Below are positions 15,001-20,059 of a stretch of 37,507 nt of DNA, one piece after another (the first letter of the stretch is position 1; the number at the start of each line of letters is the position of its first letter). The stretch lies in the NCBI GenBank assembly GCA_949840475.1, contig CATKXA010000002.1, forward strand, positions 1 through 37,507, written 5' to 3'. The notes beneath the pieces were generated by a model. The model was not told where the DNA came from. It did no database searches and saw nothing but the letters and a program-made list of their open reading frames with translations. The position numbers and the translations under genes were made by a program. Origin of the DNA: an uncultured Thermoanaerobacterales bacterium. GTDB taxonomy: Bacteria; Bacillota; Clostridia; Christensenellales; UBA1242.

Positions 15001-16028
15001 CAATGCCAGAGCAAATAGATACTAGATATGGTGCTACACTAAATGTTACCCTAGGCTTTGGTGCTTACGATGCTCAATACTCTAAACATTTAGGCTTTAG
15101 CCAGACGGCTGGTGCAACGTCAGCAGCATATGCAAGAAGTTCTATTGAAGCAGGAGCTACTGTAACCATTAACTTATACAATGTAAGTATTTACGATGGC
15201 ATCTTTACCCTATACGCTATTTGGGAGAAGTCGCCTGTTTGGGTTGTTGCAAGCAGTGCTGCTGGTGAAATTGCTCCAAGTGCATTCACTAGAGGTTATG
15301 CTACGCTTAATGACGCACTTAATGCTATTCAATCTACAACCGAAGTTGTTAGTGCAGTTATTACAATTTGTCAGGACGCTGCTCTTTCATCTGACGTTGT
15401 TATTTCTAAACCAGTAACAATCAAAGGTATGAACGAGAATATTACCTTAACAGCAAGTGGCTCATCAAGCATTACAATCAATGCTGACGCTACTATTAAA
15501 GGTTTAATAATTACTGGTTCTACAAACAATACTAGAGGCTTGTTTACTGTTGGTAATGCAGCGTTAACATTTGGTGGCAGCGATGTTATCACAAGAGTAA
15601 TTGGCTTAAATGCAACAGGCAGTATCTTATACTCAGACAACACAAGTGGTACAATCAACGTTAATAATGTTACATTTGCAAACAACCAGACTGGAAGTGC
15701 TGGCACCTATGGTGCTATCGTCAACATTTCTGGTGGGGCACATGCAACTATTACTAATAGTAATGTTGAAAGTCATACAGCTAATGGCCTTGCAATGTTT
15801 AGTTCAAACGCAAGTACTCTAGTAATTGAGGGTACTGTAATTGGCTCAACATATTCAAGCCTAACTGCAACTGACGACAACTTCTTAGGCGTTGTTGTTA
15901 ACACCAATGGTACTCTTACTATTACTGCTAAAGATGCTAATAAGTCACATATCAACTCTGGCGACTTACGTGCATACTATTCAACTGGTGCAAACGCTAA
16001 AGACAATATCGATTCAGATGTTGTATAA
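1..16028 (+). CDS. Giant repetitive cell-surface/adhesin-like protein, 5'-truncated by the window edge (>5339 aa). Contains about 50 InlB B-repeat (Listeria-Bacteroides repeat, Flg_new / divergent Flg_new_2 type) modules plus a C-terminal parallel beta-helix.
   Basis: The frame is open from the window edge (codons at 3-8 carry no stop; the GTG at 9 is only the ORF-finder start) to TAA at 16026-16028. By eye there are about 50 copies of G[YF]xFxG[WYFL][YFS] followed by (T/N)LYA(K/V/L/R)(F/W). The first residues (ITGFITPTAKNLKVRADGTSVVEFEYLR) repeat an internal module (ISGFVTPSEQEIFIKADGTTVVVFRYER at nt ~2655-2757), so the true N-terminus lies upstream. A strong terminator follows. Confidence 0.93.
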   Translation, partial: ITVPADLAITGFITPTAKNLKVRADGTSVVEFEYLRDTYYLNFSTQMGVASYDVTAITGNVEKVSGGFRVVYGSKVTLSAQSSRGFEIAGFVSTDSGSEVMLDTTFEVESTLNILVKTSANTYTIVYNPGIGNQSSAISNLTIRYNEQKELSNGQGFEYRGYKFLGWSFTERGNLRYKSGASVLGSTVVADAYNAGVSGITEDFDDAEITLYAVWSVNFYNIIYSSINAQDIIEKHEFGTTPTLQGSDLFARAGYHYTEWQDELGNKYAVGSLFTIEQSIVLTPVWVANTYIVEFDSNNGSGDKNRQEFTYGLAASLNLNEFVRAGYTFGGWSFNGKTYRDGEEVINLVGENGGVATLTAIWIAKTNIKYSINHMVQNGSNDPVVYANSSFTLQVTEEMIGATGTILNALEVSQIYKDGIEGFTYSQEYTARFGKVTGEVLADGSEVLSLYYTRNIYTISFVAEGTELSSLSYYYGAELSAIENTISKPGYRFVGWINGDDTYQAGQSFIVRGEMQFVAKFVEANFVITFNNYGGQGGVNRIEATYGEAISNVAVPTLSGYKFLGYFTEVVDGEMIFDGEGTPVKQTWDFTSNTTLHAVYEANTYTISFNTNGGTSVQDVEATFGEDLTSVAVTSKEGYTFVGYYLGETEYFDNQGNPTVRNDSIKWDVANDVTLVARFVANTYTVIYNANAAASEITGTMENSEFTYDKSERLSTNKFVRKGYTFLGWSLSSDGEVEFRNEQNVSTLSSEPNGEVTLYAVWDANKYTVIFSANGDDDVKLGTTSMQVIFGQSIDIPTVATKVGYDFKGYFTEPNGKGIQYFNEKGQALRPWDIDEDNVTIYVYFTGKPVDYTIITYVQRIYDKTDYMRLSDKVIQSVPNETITVKPEAISGFVTPSEQEIFIKADGTTVVVFRYERKSINLTIAHDENVSVDFICDAAENVADNVYAISFKANFALVANVASGYKFVGWFNDANELVSEDRYYQGQMGADALTLHARVEADETAASDYKVAVEEKSFLADGKTSRDGGVVSFKDYDGTVVTLTDISGSVTVNAVANKGYTFVGWYKDIACSGAPISESASFEYDLSDLSDANNYVTLYARFNSNSYSVEFVTNGGILEGNGGLGVTFYSGKYYQINSYVTSILKEGYIFEGWLCDDGNIYQLGDEFVIFADSNNATIKLQAQFTAVEYKVVLNTRISGENKTIVVTFDMDAVIVPGSELYRLGYSLLGWSLTADGVLIENFKVSDTLTGRQFIEALGITDFYTPATISIYAIWEQMTINIVLSGNNADAWDNLGSYTLEGDTARGTGKFGQTYNQLPTVSKTGYTFVGWYTAETSGTLVDEDSIISIDNNDQDTINLYARFTANKYDLTIDVQTKVNGVVVTNVVGGSVTGAGSIDFGQTAIMNATANTGFRFTGWYLGGVLVSTKNPHSSEAMGVDGLAYTAVFEANTYDLAVRVFTQIGTKLVQDNIGGSVAFDNKLVFGTTGTLTATANSGFTFVGYYVGEDTTGQLYSEDAIANTETMTISGLTYSALFRANEYSVTVVAGDNGNAIIGTSGNMTTNKYFVVDPISLNAQRVTVKAEANKGYSFTGWYSDSEYTALVSDASEYTFEMGARNVTLYANFTVNKYNLTLNIQTQYGLVTEDSDNGGRVASSITSGEVEFGKVATINATANTGYTFVGWYKGANVQDGEKLEDISASIETEAMGVEGLTYTALFKAITKEATIYTYTVTGSNEPIKAFMNLDINSDYSLVSSHIESSSYTINIPYSKTITMKPGVNTGFTFIGWYRGASINASNLVDSVQEDNTLVSDEQGLTSQVYSALFERNAYEMSISLAEGVNEITYTIGNNASQTINSNSVINVYYGEEVTIIAKTSAGYHFDKYTSSVVISGLNTSSTARFIYMIDSDVTITANATKDIYDVAIHATPANGGMVSGGGNVEFGSNFTITVTPNAGYHVEGFYKDSSLTERVNPISGQTTFYMEALANDGDTYNLYVHFVKNTYNLSTEVYTENQVSELGGKVTGSNGEIVDGTKVSLSATANAGYHFVGFYTSTEFTDAVSNDLTYNFILDYSLGLENGDTYTIYALFEANTYNIRVDANGGISNAGTITTAKNLKFTDSYTTLPQSAFTKTGYTLIGFALTMDGEKAYDLHTVYAVSKLATDANMTGSSSETQTITLYAIYSANSYDFNVEVFTDVGGVITQNTLGGNVDFDAQIAFNDTTTMTATVNKGYTFVGYYQDSKFERLISSNLVAESLALTSTNGLTHYALFRANTYNINISVEPSIDLPYEIIDNSGKYTFTFDKDTYTFTAKIPTSVSLSLSVADLLDYKFEGWYLESEKLEGSASEFTTQEMTDAGLNYVLKYTAKSYSIVYNNILNIIGANDEVTNINDVVNGETITSTLTSEQLLYALDSNVFSDFAANKHLTLLGFKVERNASNVYYLPSQDKLTAGELADAVNVRGEDGAKINLYAVWGSKETTVSVQAVTDGDASLDGGKVEITEINNSATSVSTSVTLAIYTMNVSTNTATINNVTAKATVNAGYMFEGFKAGGTLLTTSTTAVIYLEARDAQRVDASFVLESYNLAFVAKTFKDNASEDTLGNIGGEVGANTLGNLTGVFNYNTSINLVTKVNAGYHFVGWFTDSACTVSADVTEAGVYVVPDLGAQGSSHTLYARFEADLIEVKFEAEGATFTNITGFTAYSKDGKVVGYKKSYYYNSNLDSSLPVPAIHGYEFVGYFIGDTMVEAGSQVKFTENTTLVAKFVINAFNVNLVNNYVGISGSLTTGNEGGKIEITGGESILGKYIFGTDVTITATANTGYSFAGWYSDSECKQSISSSNEHTFTMPSNDVTIYAKFTVNSYDLIINTVYQNALNATTLSELMADTNGISGTVTGAGTYKFGEKVAIKATANTANGYVFVGLYEDIACTKEVSLDFTKGAGQQTLYARFVISRVKVEVNNGYKTATSANTLSEVTFDQTHGKAYFDTLLSSDSVISNDTVTKQTSGYILFGQSISIKNEGATVENVPYVLSGIFTNADLSTATTNEIADAKANQTRYALFVPTSHNISLDTYYIAANGANTLSEKQPGEIGGTASALAKSYHGQVVTLTATAKTGYHFVGWYTSEDTMVDNSESYSVTATEAINLYALFSQNEYNVKLVNKYQAPASSVALGELTEGNVAGELTANVNYNDALGVYNIYHGQKLTISVTENANYTFIGLFYDADCQRSISANQTEAGLELTITSNRDIYGKFVAKKYNLNLVAMAFNATSPSELSSTPEIGGGTVTGAGSYYFGQDVSLSAIASVDTKGVAMYVFDGYYSDISFEESYKLSADANFSYEMATEDTTIYAKFVQKAYDINAIIMYQKANSNNTLSGLVIDDSGESGTVLNTGKVYYGRTAQLIGEAKEGYTFVGFFSDKDCLNQLTSSDILVDNNKTVYAKFIQAEYTLSIVNKHVSAASETTLAELATGNVGGSASGAGNVYYGASISLNAKPAAGYKFVGYYTNSNCTAESFVSDDINFEANVESIFGEVQSGLSYVLYAKFEITEVTITLDIRTRDTALSEISTEAFGNAVGIDAVIDNDIKQVVDGKIVKGTIYYGQRATIRAYANNGYVFSSWYQNSECTQIINVSSGRYTATSDVTLYALFTRATYDVTTVSMTQEANSINTLAPAEQSIVGGTVGTSGNLVATFTENVYHGADYQVNAFVKDGYIFKGWYEDSNFTKRVDTNESYTLENISKNTTLYALFVRQAYSVTLAVRGVGAIDAVTLAELADNIGGSARIISPTARYNDQEGNQGYFPGFKITIKATAFDGYNFVGWFTDSECVNIASVTETSNAGEYTYSVPKNGATLYAKFQINAYNITITNMYKEATGASTLGDVKTGNVGGSLNANITLDHTNGVYSASVYYGQEVTITLNANAGYRFMGWYNNSDLTGDKDQTNPRAITINNDTELYVYFEPAEYKVTAHEAYQNSLTANSLKAGVVGVNGGTVSGEGNVYAGLGLTLTADANEGYTFVGWYTDLEFTSIINSDVTSDATFTVNGNTLAINGIKNDITVYARFIQSAYDITIVNKYIGANADGSDYDSIKTDENNLDIGGTGIVNTSKFSLNYGTGVVEGYFSGYSINLEATAATGYSFTGWYDTSDCDNAPLSTSATFAITKSNSDQTIYALFTINKYTLSVSGVYQNAISSVALGDKRLGLNGNTVTGEGQVFYGFGKDVTAAAATDANGNAKYVFAGWFNSSECTGAPISTDANYSLTAITENTTIYALFVASRYEVSITNKYVSSTSASTLGTLELGDNGGTATLTTALASADADNFEVSSNVSSGYVLYGFAPEFTKTPASKYEFDNFYQDELCQTAYAQTGAITHNTHIYAKFVEGKFKFNVKIYTQSSTGATTLGDKVLSSLGGTYSLGEVNDYYAGYDMLKLGAVITPATGYVFDGYYDSEEFDNKLTEYIVSDISKEHTIYLLFVQTTYEISLSTNSKIATSSTEASMSELGNTTGGTILINGSVFDKTGNIVTDITNVHGETYSVYYGQNVRVTAVSKEGFTFVGWYKTSNFAEDDFITSSESMRRDINDPTAYALFETAKYTVETVANYQTATSPTELGNITAGTNGGTLSGDGSYYIGFDVTITYQAKDNYTFAGLYTDADCTAETEATITGTAGQSITIYGLFQTSTYRVTLLAPDATSDAAAWENVEGFVTEGTSAHIDLYIYSSGEVALPTPIKENYTFDGWYLANESGELTGEAITNAVTLNPNNSTLHAKFIPNLSINVVGLTRTARSMYLDVIETKALDKATEKVYVSSEEDTNITANVPYGYDFVGWYSSSEINDNNKISSEPTITIGNNTVDGTNFYALYKPQSIWVALQNYGLRNNAYVLSTDGSTLEDIWIEGEHFMSEVPEHMQSEILSQDESGMLFKMFFDAEYTVLNTYENGYIEFYGYRLNTKATPTIKEGSTDFEVDGLIEGSKQITKVFFSEDEVIESIQMIDRGIKTTVVFDANGVEGVAMPEQIDTRYGATLNVTLGFGAYDAQYSKHLGFSQTAGATSAAYARSSIEAGATVTINLYNVSIYDGIFTLYAIWEKSPVWVVASSAAGEIAPSAFTRGYATLNDALNAIQSTTEVVSAVITICQDAALSSDVVISKPVTIKGMNENITLTASGSSSITINADATIKGLIITGSTNNTRGLFTVGNAALTFGGSDVITRVIGLNATGSILYSDNTSGTINVNNVTFANNQTGSAGTYGAIVNISGGAHATITNSNVESHTANGLAMFSSNASTLVIEGTVIGSTYSSLTATDDNFLGVVVNTNGTLTITAKDANKSHINSGDLRAYYSTGANAKDNIDSDVV

Positions 16029-16032
16029 AATA

Positions 16033-16070
16033 AAAATCTAGACACTTAGCTGTCTAGATTTTTTATTTTT
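16033..16070 (+). terminator. Rho-independent terminator of the giant gene
   Basis: Perfect 12-bp stem aaaatctagaca / tgtctagatttt with loop cttagc, followed by a T-run (ttttattttt). Confidence 0.85.
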
Positions 16071-16099
16071 ATTACCGAACTAAAGTGAAATAAAAATTC

Positions 16100-16128
16100 T
16101 TTACATTTTTTGCTCATAGTGCTAAACT
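16100..16128 (+). promoter_or_regulatory. Candidate sigma-70-type promoter for leuS
   Basis: TTTACA, 17-nt spacer, TAAACT; lies about 33 nt upstream of the leuS ATG. Confidence 0.4.
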
Positions 16129-16160
16129 AAAAGATATAAAAATCAGAATACGGGGCAATT

Positions 16161-18575
16161 ATGAAAGAATATAACTTTACCGAAATTGAAGAAAAATGGA
16201 AAAAATACTGGGACAAAAACCAAACCTTTAAAACTGATGTTTGGGATTTTAGTAAGCCTAAGTTTTACGCACTAGATATGTTCCCATATCCATCAGGAGC
16301 AGGGCTTCACGTTGGGCACCCAGAGGGCTACACAGCGACTGATATTGTCAGCCGTATGAAACGTATGCAAGGCTACAATGTACTTCATCCAATGGGGTTT
16401 GACTCTTTTGGTCTACCCGCTGAGCAGTACGCTATTGAAACTGGAAACAATCCTAGTGGTTTTACTAATAAAAATATTGAGTATTTTACAAGCCAGCTAA
16501 AAAATATAGGTCTTTCTTTTGACTGGGACAAAGAGGTTCGTACGAGCGAACCAAACTTTTACAAGTGGACACAATGGATATTTAAACAGCTTTATAAAGA
16601 CGGACTTGCAAGATACGAAGAAGTACCAGTTAACTGGTGCGAAGAGCTAGGCTGCGTGCTAGCAAACGATGAAGTTATTGACGGCAAGAGCGAGAGGGGC
16701 GGATACCCAGTAGTAAAAAAGAACATGAGCCAATGGGTTATTGATATGCCTAAATATGCAGAAAAACTTATTAGCGGGCTAGACAAGGTAGATTGGCCAG
16801 AGTCAACCAAAGTTATGCAAAAAAACTGGATTGGTAAGTCTACTGGTGTTGAGGTCGACTTTAAAATACCTCAAGGTGGCGAGTTCTCAATATTTACAAC
16901 ATGTATTGAAACTATCTGCGGTATTACTTTCATGGTAATAGCTCCAGACAGTAAACTTGTTGACACTCTAAAGCCAAAGATTAAAAACTGGTCAGAGGTT
17001 GAAAAGTATAGAAGAGAAACTGCTAAAAAGTCAGACCTAGAGCGTACTGAGCTTAATAAGGGTAAGAGTGGTTTAAAGCTAGACGGCGTTACTGCCATCA
17101 ACCCAATAAACGGCAAAGAAGTTCCTCTATTTTTAGGCGACTTTGTACTCGCTAGCTATGGTACAGGTGCTGTCATGGCAGTTCCAAGCCATGATGCACG
17201 TGACTATGAATATGCAAAAGTTCATAACATACCTATCATTGAGGTAATAGAAGGTGGAGATATCTCGAAAGCTGCATTTGAAAAGCAAGACTATTTAGGT
17301 AAAGGTTGTAAACTTATAAATAGTGGCGAGTTCAATGGTTTAACAGTTGAAGAGGCTAAAAAAGCAATAACTGCAAAGCTAGTTAAAATGGGCGTTGCAA
17401 GAGAAAAAGTTAACTATAGGTTAAGAGAATGGATATTTGCCCGTCAACGTTATTGGGGCGAACCTATACCTATTTTACATTTTGAAGACGGTACTACTAA
17501 AGCTGTTGAAGACAAAGATTTGCCTGTGGTATTGCCAGAGCTTGAAGACTATAAGCCAGCTAAAGACGGCTCTAGTCCACTTGCAAAAGCAGAGAATTGG
17601 GTAAATGTTAATATCAATGGCAAAAAGGCAAAACGTGAAACAAACACTATGCCAGGCAGTGCAGGCTCAAGCTGGTATTTTTTAAGATATATTGACCCAC
17701 ACAATGATAAGGAGTTTGCAAATTACGAGTTATTAAAACATTGGCTTCCAGTAGACTTATACGTAGGTGGTCCAGAGCATACGACAGGGCATTTGCTATA
17801 TTCAAGAATGTGGAACAATTACTTGTTTGATAAAGGTCTAGTGCCAGTGAGCGAGCCGTTTAATAAGCTTGTGCATCCAGGCATGATTCTTGGTGGCAAT
17901 GGCATTAAAATGGGTAAACGCTATCCTGAATATGTTGTTAACCCTAACGATGTTGTAAGAAAATATGGTGCAGATACTCTAAGACTTTATGAGATGTTTA
18001 TGGGACCTTTGGAAGTATCTAAGCCTTGGTCAGATACTGGTGTTGGCGGAGCAAAGAGGTTCTTAGACAGAATTTGGCGTTGTTATCAAGAGAAACAAAT
18101 CGTAGATACAAATAATAAAAATTTAGAAAAAATCTATCATCAGACTGTCAAAAAAGTAACTGAGGATTATGAGACATTAAACTTCAACACAGCAATTTCA
18201 CAAATGATGATATTTATAAACGCACTTTCAAAAGAAGACGTATTCCCGCTTGAGTACGCTGAAGGTTTTGTAAAACTACTTTATCCAGTTTGTCCGTTTA
18301 TAGGCGAAGAACTTTGGGCAAATCTTGGTCACAAAAACACTATAACTTACGAGCCATGGCCTAGCTATGACCAAAGTAAACTAGTAGAAGACACAGTTGA
18401 CTTGCCAGTTCAAGTACTTGGAAAGGTAAGGGGAACTATTACTATTAGCAAGACTGCTAGCGAGCAAGAGGCTGTTAATAAAGCAAAAGAAAATGCTGAC
18501 ATAGCAAGGCATATTACATCAGACATCAAAAAAGTAATCTATGTTCCAGCAAGAATACTTAACATTATTGTTTAA
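16161..18575 (+). CDS. leuS: Leucine--tRNA ligase (class I)
   Basis: 804 aa. N-terminus MKEYNFTEIEEKWKKYW...FYALDMFPYPSGAGLHVGHPEGY (HIGH-type), a KMGKR (KMSKS-like) motif, typical bacterial LeuS length and CP1 region. Confidence 0.97.
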   Translation: MKEYNFTEIEEKWKKYWDKNQTFKTDVWDFSKPKFYALDMFPYPSGAGLHVGHPEGYTATDIVSRMKRMQGYNVLHPMGFDSFGLPAEQYAIETGNNPSGFTNKNIEYFTSQLKNIGLSFDWDKEVRTSEPNFYKWTQWIFKQLYKDGLARYEEVPVNWCEELGCVLANDEVIDGKSERGGYPVVKKNMSQWVIDMPKYAEKLISGLDKVDWPESTKVMQKNWIGKSTGVEVDFKIPQGGEFSIFTTCIETICGITFMVIAPDSKLVDTLKPKIKNWSEVEKYRRETAKKSDLERTELNKGKSGLKLDGVTAINPINGKEVPLFLGDFVLASYGTGAVMAVPSHDARDYEYAKVHNIPIIEVIEGGDISKAAFEKQDYLGKGCKLINSGEFNGLTVEEAKKAITAKLVKMGVAREKVNYRLREWIFARQRYWGEPIPILHFEDGTTKAVEDKDLPVVLPELEDYKPAKDGSSPLAKAENWVNVNINGKKAKRETNTMPGSAGSSWYFLRYIDPHNDKEFANYELLKHWLPVDLYVGGPEHTTGHLLYSRMWNNYLFDKGLVPVSEPFNKLVHPGMILGGNGIKMGKRYPEYVVNPNDVVRKYGADTLRLYEMFMGPLEVSKPWSDTGVGGAKRFLDRIWRCYQEKQIVDTNNKNLEKIYHQTVKKVTEDYETLNFNTAISQMMIFINALSKEDVFPLEYAEGFVKLLYPVCPFIGEELWANLGHKNTITYEPWPSYDQSKLVEDTVDLPVQVLGKVRGTITISKTASEQEAVNKAKENADIARHITSDIKKVIYVPARILNIIV

Positions 18576-18593
18576 TATAATAGGGAGAGTATT

Positions 18594-19121
18594 ATGAAAA
18601 CAAATAAAAATCTTTCACTTGCGGCTTCAATTCTAGAGATTGTTGCAAGCGGAATAATGTTTTTGCTATTAATAATTAATATTGCAAAAATAATAAGCTT
18701 AAATAACTTTAGTGTAATTTACTTTTCGCTATTGCCTGTTGGAACGGCAGTGTTCTATATGGTTGACGGTATTTTATCTTTGAAGTATGCAAAGCTAGAT
18801 GACAATAAGTTTGCAGCAGTCAAGTCAAACTTACTAACAGTTGGTATAATAATAATCGTGCTAACCGTTATCGGTTCGGGCAGTTTGTATATTGAAAGCG
18901 TGTTCGCTTTAAGCTTGGTTTCTGGAATATTTAAAATCGTTGCTTCAAATTTAAAGCCTAAACAAACAGTTAAAACTAATGAGCAAATAAGAACAACTAG
19001 TGAAAGTACTTTTGAATTATTGTTAAAAGTAGACAAACTCAAAAAAGAGGGGCTTATAACAGACGAGGAGTTTGCAGCCGCAAAAAAGCAAATCATAGAG
19101 AACCAAAAACTTGACAAATAG
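18594..19121 (+). CDS. Multi-pass membrane protein with one C-terminal SHOCT domain
   Basis: 175 aa. SD gggagag lies 7 nt upstream. Four hydrophobic segments, then LLKVDKLKKEGLITDEEFAAAKKQII (SHOCT signature). Confidence 0.85.
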   Translation: MKTNKNLSLAASILEIVASGIMFLLLIINIAKIISLNNFSVIYFSLLPVGTAVFYMVDGILSLKYAKLDDNKFAAVKSNLLTVGIIIIVLTVIGSGSLYIESVFALSLVSGIFKIVASNLKPKQTVKTNEQIRTTSESTFELLLKVDKLKKEGLITDEEFAAAKKQIIENQKLDK

Positions 19122-19166
19122 TTGTTAAAGGAATAATATTTAATTAATAAATCATTGGAGAAAAAT

Positions 19167-19922
19167 ATGGAAAAGACTAACAACGGGTATTATAAAGCAG
19201 TATCAATTCTCAGCTTTATCGTAGCTGCTTTAAGCTTGATTTCAACTGCATTTATGCTAATTATTGTATTTAGCGGAGCAGATGTAATAGACCAAATCAT
19301 GCAAGCTTTAATAGAGCAATCTGGTGGCACAACTGCCGAGTGGGAAGCTATAGCTCAAATGATGTATACTTTTATTGTTCTAACTGCAGTGGTTGCTTTT
19401 GCTGAAACAATTATTTTGTTTATTCAAGGTGCAAAATTCAAAAAGTATTCTTATCAAACTGATGAAGAAGCAGCAAACAATTTTGGCAAATGTATTGCAT
19501 GGGTTGTTGTTTCATTTATGTTCAGTGGGCTTCTTATCTTTGGTTTATCACTTGCTGGACTTCTAACTGTTCAACGTAAACAAAAAGAAAGATTTGCAAA
19601 TGGCGATAAAACAATAAAGTCAAACGCTACTAGCTCAAACACTAACGTTTCTACTGTTAGCTTAGATGCTATGTATCATAGACTTAGCAAGCTTAAAGAG
19701 TTAAAAGATTCGGGTGCTATAAACGACGAAGAGTTTAATAAAATGCGTGCTGAAATCGTGGGCGATAACTTTAATAGCAAAGCTGTGGACGACAAAGAAG
19801 TTGATAGACTAAACAAAATTAACGAACGACTAACAAAGCTAAACGAGCTAAAAGCGTCAGGCGTTGTAACTGAGGAAGAATATAACACCTTACGTAATCA
19901 AATTTTGCAACAAGACAAATAG
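19167..19922 (+). CDS. Multi-pass membrane protein with two C-terminal SHOCT domains
   Basis: ATG at 19167 is preceded by ggag at 19157-19160; the ORF-track start at 19155 is a TTG. Hydrophobic N-terminal half, then LSKLKELKDSGAINDEEFNKMRAEIVG and LTKLNELKASGVVTEEEYNTLRNQIL. Confidence 0.85.
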   Translation: MEKTNNGYYKAVSILSFIVAALSLISTAFMLIIVFSGADVIDQIMQALIEQSGGTTAEWEAIAQMMYTFIVLTAVVAFAETIILFIQGAKFKKYSYQTDEEAANNFGKCIAWVVVSFMFSGLLIFGLSLAGLLTVQRKQKERFANGDKTIKSNATSSNTNVSTVSLDAMYHRLSKLKELKDSGAINDEEFNKMRAEIVGDNFNSKAVDDKEVDRLNKINERLTKLNELKASGVVTEEEYNTLRNQILQQDK

Positions 19923-19923
19923 G

Positions 19924-19949
19924 AAATCTCTCGAAAGAGAGATTTTTTT
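19924..19949 (+). terminator. Rho-independent terminator
   Basis: aaatctctc gaaa gagagattt followed by ttttt. Confidence 0.85.
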
Positions 19950-20008
19950 AATATTTGGCTTATTTTTTAATTATATTGGTAAATTTAATCATAAAAATGT
20001 CTTAAAAA

Positions 20009-20039
20009 TTGTACAACATTTTTTTAAAAGTGTTATAAT
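20009..20039 (+). promoter_or_regulatory. Candidate promoter with extended -10 (TGtTATAAT) for the lipid-kinase/LtaS operon
   Basis: TTGTAC at 20009-20014; TG at 20031-20032; TATAAT at 20034-20039. Confidence 0.45.
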
Positions 20040-20059
20040 TTATATAAGGACTAGTTTTT

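Noticed and set aside
583-15955. About 18 short ORFs (60-111 aa) on both strands nested inside the giant gene.
   Set aside because: All lie within or antisense to a continuous 16-kb ORF with strong repeat-protein signal. Their sequences are low-complexity (L/V/T/S-rich) frame shadows with no SD or motifs.
16071-16160. T-box riboswitch leaders upstream of leuS (and alaS at 26549-26655).
   Set aside because: The leaders are only about 90 and 107 nt. No specifier-loop/T-box (AGGGUGGNACCGCG-like) sequence or terminator/antiterminator pair is visible.
18755-19183. 142-aa minus-strand ORF antisense to the first SHOCT gene.
   Set aside because: It overlaps a plus-strand gene that has an SD, TM helices and a recognisable SHOCT motif. 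The antisense product is low-complexity and spans the intergenic RBS of the next gene.
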